This document shows, in pieces, positions 36,968 through 40,241 of a stretch of DNA of 40,241 nucleotides. The stretch spans positions 1 through 40,241 of the forward strand of contig JAFGDB010000062.1 in the NCBI GenBank assembly GCA_016932355.1, in the 5' to 3' direction. Each line of letters begins with the position of its first letter. The first letter of the stretch is position 1. The notes under the pieces are model-generated. The model was not told the origin of the DNA and made no database searches. It saw nothing but the letters and a program-made list of their open reading frames with translations. A program made the translations under genes and the position numbers. The stretch comes from Candidatus Iainarchaeum sp. (GTDB taxonomy: Archaea > Iainarchaeota > Iainarchaeia > Iainarchaeales > GCA-2688035).

Positions 36968-37771
36968 ATGCAGGACAAAATTCAGCAGCTTAGGAAGCAG
37001 CTCATAAAAAAGGCCAAGAAGCAGGTCCAGGTAAGGTATGCTGAAAGCGATGTGCACATTATAAGGGCTGTTTCATTGCTCCAGGACCTTGACGCAGGCT
37101 TTAACCTGCTTGCAGAGAACTGCATTGAATGGTACTCTGCCCACTTCCCTGAACTGCACAACATTGTAAAGGACAACGAAACATACCTGAAGCTTGTTCA
37201 AGAGCTTGGCGACAGGGCCAATTTCACTGAGAAAAATGCAGCTGAAATAATAAAGGAAAGGGAGAGAAGGAAAAGGGTTTTGGATGCAGCAAAAAAGAGC
37301 ATGGGAAGCGAAATTCAAAAGGACGTGCTTGAAGCAATAAAAATGCTCTCCAAGAATGCCCTGAGCCTGAAAAAGGAGCGCCTGCTTTTGGAAAGCCTTA
37401 TTGGAAAGCAGATGCAGGGCTATGCCCCAAACACTGCAGGGCTTGCAGGCCCAATTCTGGGAGCAAGGCTGATTGCAGCAGCCTCTGGCCTGAAGCAGCT
37501 TGCAATGATGCCTGCCTCAACAATACAGCTTTTGGGTGCAGAAAAGGCATTGTTCAGGCACATAAGGGACAGGAAAATCAAGGGCCCAAAGTACGGCCAC
37601 ATATACGGGCATGCCCTGGTTAAGAAGCAGCCTGCAAAGCACAAGGGCAAGGTTGCAAGAAGCCTTGCAGGAAAGCTTTCAATTGCGGCAAGGGCAGATT
37701 ATTTCCATGGGGAAAACATTTCTGAAAAGCTGAAGCAGGAGCTTGAAGAAAGGGCAAAGCAGCTGGATTAG
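36968..37771 (+). CDS. nop5: Nop5 (Nop56/58) C/D box RNP protein, short form
   Basis: EWYSAHFPEL, SMG, APN..LAGPILGARLI, PASTIQLLGAEKALFRH, PKYGHIY, GKVARSLAGK. Confidence 0.93.
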   Translation: MQDKIQQLRKQLIKKAKKQVQVRYAESDVHIIRAVSLLQDLDAGFNLLAENCIEWYSAHFPELHNIVKDNETYLKLVQELGDRANFTEKNAAEIIKERERRKRVLDAAKKSMGSEIQKDVLEAIKMLSKNALSLKKERLLLESLIGKQMQGYAPNTAGLAGPILGARLIAAASGLKQLAMMPASTIQLLGAEKALFRHIRDRKIKGPKYGHIYGHALVKKQPAKHKGKVARSLAGKLSIAARADYFHGENISEKLKQELEERAKQLD

Positions 37772-37779
37772 GTGGTTTT

Positions 37780-38445
37780 TTGGAGGAGATATTTCCAAAC
37801 GTTTTTTCTGAGAGGAAAGAACTGTTTACAAAAAACCTTGTTCCAGGAACCTCTGTTTACGGTGAAAAGCTCCTTGACCATGAGGGAATTGAGCTAAGGC
37901 AGTGGGACCAGTACAGGAGCAAGCTTGCTGCCGCCATAAAGAACGGCCTTTCAGAGCTTCCGATAAAGCCAGGCAGCGTTGTCCTCTACCTTGGGGCAGC
38001 AGAGGGCACAACAATAAGCCATGTTTCAGACATTGTCGGGGGGAAAGGCATAGTTATTGGCGTTGACATAAGCGAACGGGTCATGAGGAAATTCATAATG
38101 GTCTGCGAGCAGAGGAAAAACATTGTGCCAATACTGGCAGACGCAAACAGGCCCTGGACCTACCGTGACTATTTTGCAGGCGGGCAAATTTCAGTCTTGT
38201 ACCAGGATGTCAGCCAGAAAAACCAGGCCCAAATCTTTTTGAAGAACAGCGAGTACTTCCTGAAAAAAGGCGGCTATGGAATGCTTGCAATAAAGGCAAA
38301 GAGCATAAGCCAGGAAAAGCCAGTTAATGACATATTTGAGAGCGAGACAGCAAAGCTTAACGAGCAGTTCAACGTATTGCAGAAAATAAACCTCAAGCCC
38401 TTTGAAAAGGACCATGAAATGGTCTTCTGCCGGAAAAAAGAGTGA
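37780..38445 (+). CDS. flpA: Fibrillarin-like rRNA/tRNA 2'-O-methyltransferase
   Basis: VYGE, RQWDQYRSKLAAAI, VLYLGAAEGTTISHVSD, NIVPILADA, YQDVSQ, PFEKDH. TTG start after GGTGG. Confidence 0.95.
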   Translation: MEEIFPNVFSERKELFTKNLVPGTSVYGEKLLDHEGIELRQWDQYRSKLAAAIKNGLSELPIKPGSVVLYLGAAEGTTISHVSDIVGGKGIVIGVDISERVMRKFIMVCEQRKNIVPILADANRPWTYRDYFAGGQISVLYQDVSQKNQAQIFLKNSEYFLKKGGYGMLAIKAKSISQEKPVNDIFESETAKLNEQFNVLQKINLKPFEKDHEMVFCRKKE

Positions 38446-38475
38446 TTGCCCCTGCAAAAAAGGAAGTGTTTCTGA

Positions 38476-39033
38476 TTGAGGAAAGAAGCAAGAAGGCAGT
38501 TCATACACTTCTGCTTTGGCTCATTGTTCATTGCAATTGCAGCACTGCAGGGCATTGAATTCACAAGGGTTTTGCTTGCGGTGGTTTTTGCCATTGGCCT
38601 GCTTGTCTCCTTCCTTATTAAAAGAGGGGCAAAAATTCCAGTGGTAATGCAGGTTGTTGAAAGGGTTGAAAGGGATTATGAAAAACGCCTGCCAGGCAAG
38701 GGAGCGCTCCTCTTTTTCCTTGGCGCGATAATCCTAATGCTGCTGTTCCAGGAAAAAATGGTTGTGCTTGGCGCGCTGTGCGTTGCGGTTTACGGAGATG
38801 CTGCCTCCACGGTTTTCGGAATTGCGTTTGGAAGGCACAGGATTGCAGGCAAGAAAACCATTGAGGGAACAGTGGGGGGGATAGCAGCAAGCTTTGCCTT
38901 CCTCCAGCTGCTTTTTCCATGGGATATTGCGCTTGCAGCTGCAGTCATCGGAATGCTTGCAGAGCTTCTTCCCTTTGACGACAACTTCACAATTCCAATA
39001 GCTGTTGCAGCAGCGCTAACAATTCTATTATAA
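38476..39033 (+). CDS. SEC59/DGK1/VTE5-family polyprenol (dolichol/phytol) kinase-like membrane protein
   Basis: EARRQFIH, GDAASTVFG, KKTIEG, DDNFTIP. Confidence 0.85.
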   Translation: MRKEARRQFIHFCFGSLFIAIAALQGIEFTRVLLAVVFAIGLLVSFLIKRGAKIPVVMQVVERVERDYEKRLPGKGALLFFLGAIILMLLFQEKMVVLGALCVAVYGDAASTVFGIAFGRHRIAGKKTIEGTVGGIAASFAFLQLLFPWDIALAAAVIGMLAELLPFDDNFTIPIAVAAALTILL

Positions 39034-39060
39034 ATTTTCCCCCTTCATTTATTCTTATCT

Positions 39061-39133
39061 GGACCCGTAGCCTAGCGGATAGGGCACTTCCCTCCTAAGG
39101 AAGGGGTCGTGGGTTCGATTCCCACCGGGTCCG
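39061..39133 (+). tRNA. tRNA-Arg(CCT)
   Basis: GGACCCG acceptor stem, anticodon arm CTTCC-CTCCTAA-GGAAG, T arm GTGGG-TTCGATT-CCCAC. Confidence 0.96.
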
Positions 39134-39387
39134 TTAGCCGGCAAATCCCGAGAAGCCTTTTGCTGTTGCAAAAGCCTTGGGAAAATTGCTTTGCGTGCGA
39201 ATTGTGCCATCTTCGCATCTTGGGATGCTCGATGCCACGGCAAGCTCAACAAAACGGCAAATCCTGGTGCGAATGCAAGATTTGGCTTATTCGTCAAAAA
39301 CTTGAATTTTTCAGTACTCAGATGGCGATTGACGAAACCATTTTAAAGCACTTTGGGCAAAAAGTTTTTACCTGAGAGGGGTTTTGA

Positions 39388-40101
39388 TTGGTTGAGAAGC
39401 TTCCTACAACGATTGCAGGGGAAATCTGCCTGAGCAAGGACCCAGGCGGCAGCATGAAGAAGTGGCGCGAGATTTTTGGCATTACCCAGACAGAGCTCGC
39501 TGACTATTTGAATGTTACAAGCAGCACAATTTCAGACTATGAGGGCGGCCGAAGAAAGAGCCCAGGGATTGGCGTGATAAGGAGGCTTGTTGAGGCTTTG
39601 ATTGAGATTGATGAAAAGAGGGGTGGAAAGGTTGTAAAGCAGCTTGAAAAGGATTTTAAGCCGAAGGAGGAGGCCTTTGACCCCCACGAGTTCTTCAGCG
39701 CAATGAAGGGTATTGACTTTGCGAAAAGAATTGATGCAGAGTGCGTTGCAAACCCCTCGCGCTTGAAGGAAACCCAGATTTACGGTTTTACCGTCATTGA
39801 CAGCATGAAGGTAATCCTTGAGGTGCCTGTGCACGAGTACATGCAGCTTTACGGAAAAACACCAGACAGGGCCCTTGTTTTCAGGTTTGTTGAGAATGGA
39901 AGAAGCCCAATGATTGCAGTTAAAATCGGGAGGTTTTCCACCGACATGAAGCCTGCGATTGTAGTATTGCATGGAAAGGTTGATTCAAAGAATGTTGACC
40001 CGCTTGCAATTAAGATTGCCGAAAGCGAAAAAATCCCATTGCTTGTAACGCAGAAAAGCATTGAGGACATTCTTGCAGAATTGAAGAAGTTTGAGAGCTA
40101 G
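39388..40101 (+). CDS. Archaeal XRE-HTH transcriptional regulator (COG1709-like)
   Basis: IAGEI..DPG..MKKWRE.FGITQ..ISDYEGGRRKSPG, IYGFTVIDS, RALVF, GRSPMIAVK. Confidence 0.9.
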   Translation: MVEKLPTTIAGEICLSKDPGGSMKKWREIFGITQTELADYLNVTSSTISDYEGGRRKSPGIGVIRRLVEALIEIDEKRGGKVVKQLEKDFKPKEEAFDPHEFFSAMKGIDFAKRIDAECVANPSRLKETQIYGFTVIDSMKVILEVPVHEYMQLYGKTPDRALVFRFVENGRSPMIAVKIGRFSTDMKPAIVVLHGKVDSKNVDPLAIKIAESEKIPLLVTQKSIEDILAELKKFES

Positions 40102-40140
40102 GGCCTCAGGAAAAAAGCATTAATTGAAAGAAAATTAAGG

Positions 40141-40241
40141 CTATGTTCTTACAGAAAAAGTAAAGCGCTTTTTCTCCTTTCCCCTTTTGTCAACCCCAAT
40201 TAGCTTGAAGGATGTTTTCACTTCTGCGTTAAACTCTTTCT
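40141..40241 (-). CDS. 3' end of a probable NMD3-family protein (partial)
   Basis: Open frame KEFNAEVKTSFKLIGVDKRGKEKKRFTFSVRT* resembles the archaeal NMD3 C-terminal (S-x-KL-x-G-x-D...G-K...R-x-T-x-S-V-R) pattern. Confidence 0.5.
   Translation of the reverse strand, partial: KEFNAEVKTSFKLIGVDKRGKEKKRFTFSVRT

Noticed and set aside
39055..39375. ORFs 39055-39297 (-) and 39109-39375 (+)
   Set aside because: They overlap tRNA-Arg and the structured spacer, and show no protein-like features.
1..40241. CRISPR array, rRNA or transposase
   Set aside because: No regularly spaced repeats, rRNA-like segments or transposase motifs seen.

Overview
Archaeal chromosome segment (Nop5/fibrillarin, alpha2-type GlyRS, class III signal peptides, GGAGGTGA ribosome-binding sites). 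A DPANN lineage, possibly Diapherotrites/Iainarchaeota, is my inference. Core genes: two GT2 paralogues, yjbQ, gatCAB with a bacterial-type non-discriminating aspS (gatA has one in-frame TAA), a dapA/dapB/dapL/dapF/lysA lysine cluster, a pilin-like cluster, glyS, nop5-fibrillarin, tRNA-Thr(CGT) and tRNA-Arg(CCT). Two accessory regions stand out. (1) A ~1.6 kb AT-rich element in the 3' end of yjbQ. It encodes a free-standing two-motif LAGLIDADG-HTH endonuclease plus a 47-aa leader ORF. It appears to supply yjbQ with a new C-terminus and leaves the old 20 codons stranded at 1677-1739. Its left end is a ~150-nt fold-back that starts exactly at that junction and pairs with the element's own RBS. 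(2) Two tandem islands at the tRNA-Thr 3' end. One is a 0.75 kb toxin-antitoxin mini-island. The other is a 7.6 kb tyrosine-integrase island carrying a 2H+metallophosphoesterase fusion, a PIN-domain gene pair, an AN1-finger/transglutaminase-like membrane protein and a candidate structured ncRNA. Several intergenic spacers also look like decayed duplications of the neighbouring gene's stop-codon region. All homology calls were made by eye from motifs; no searches were run.
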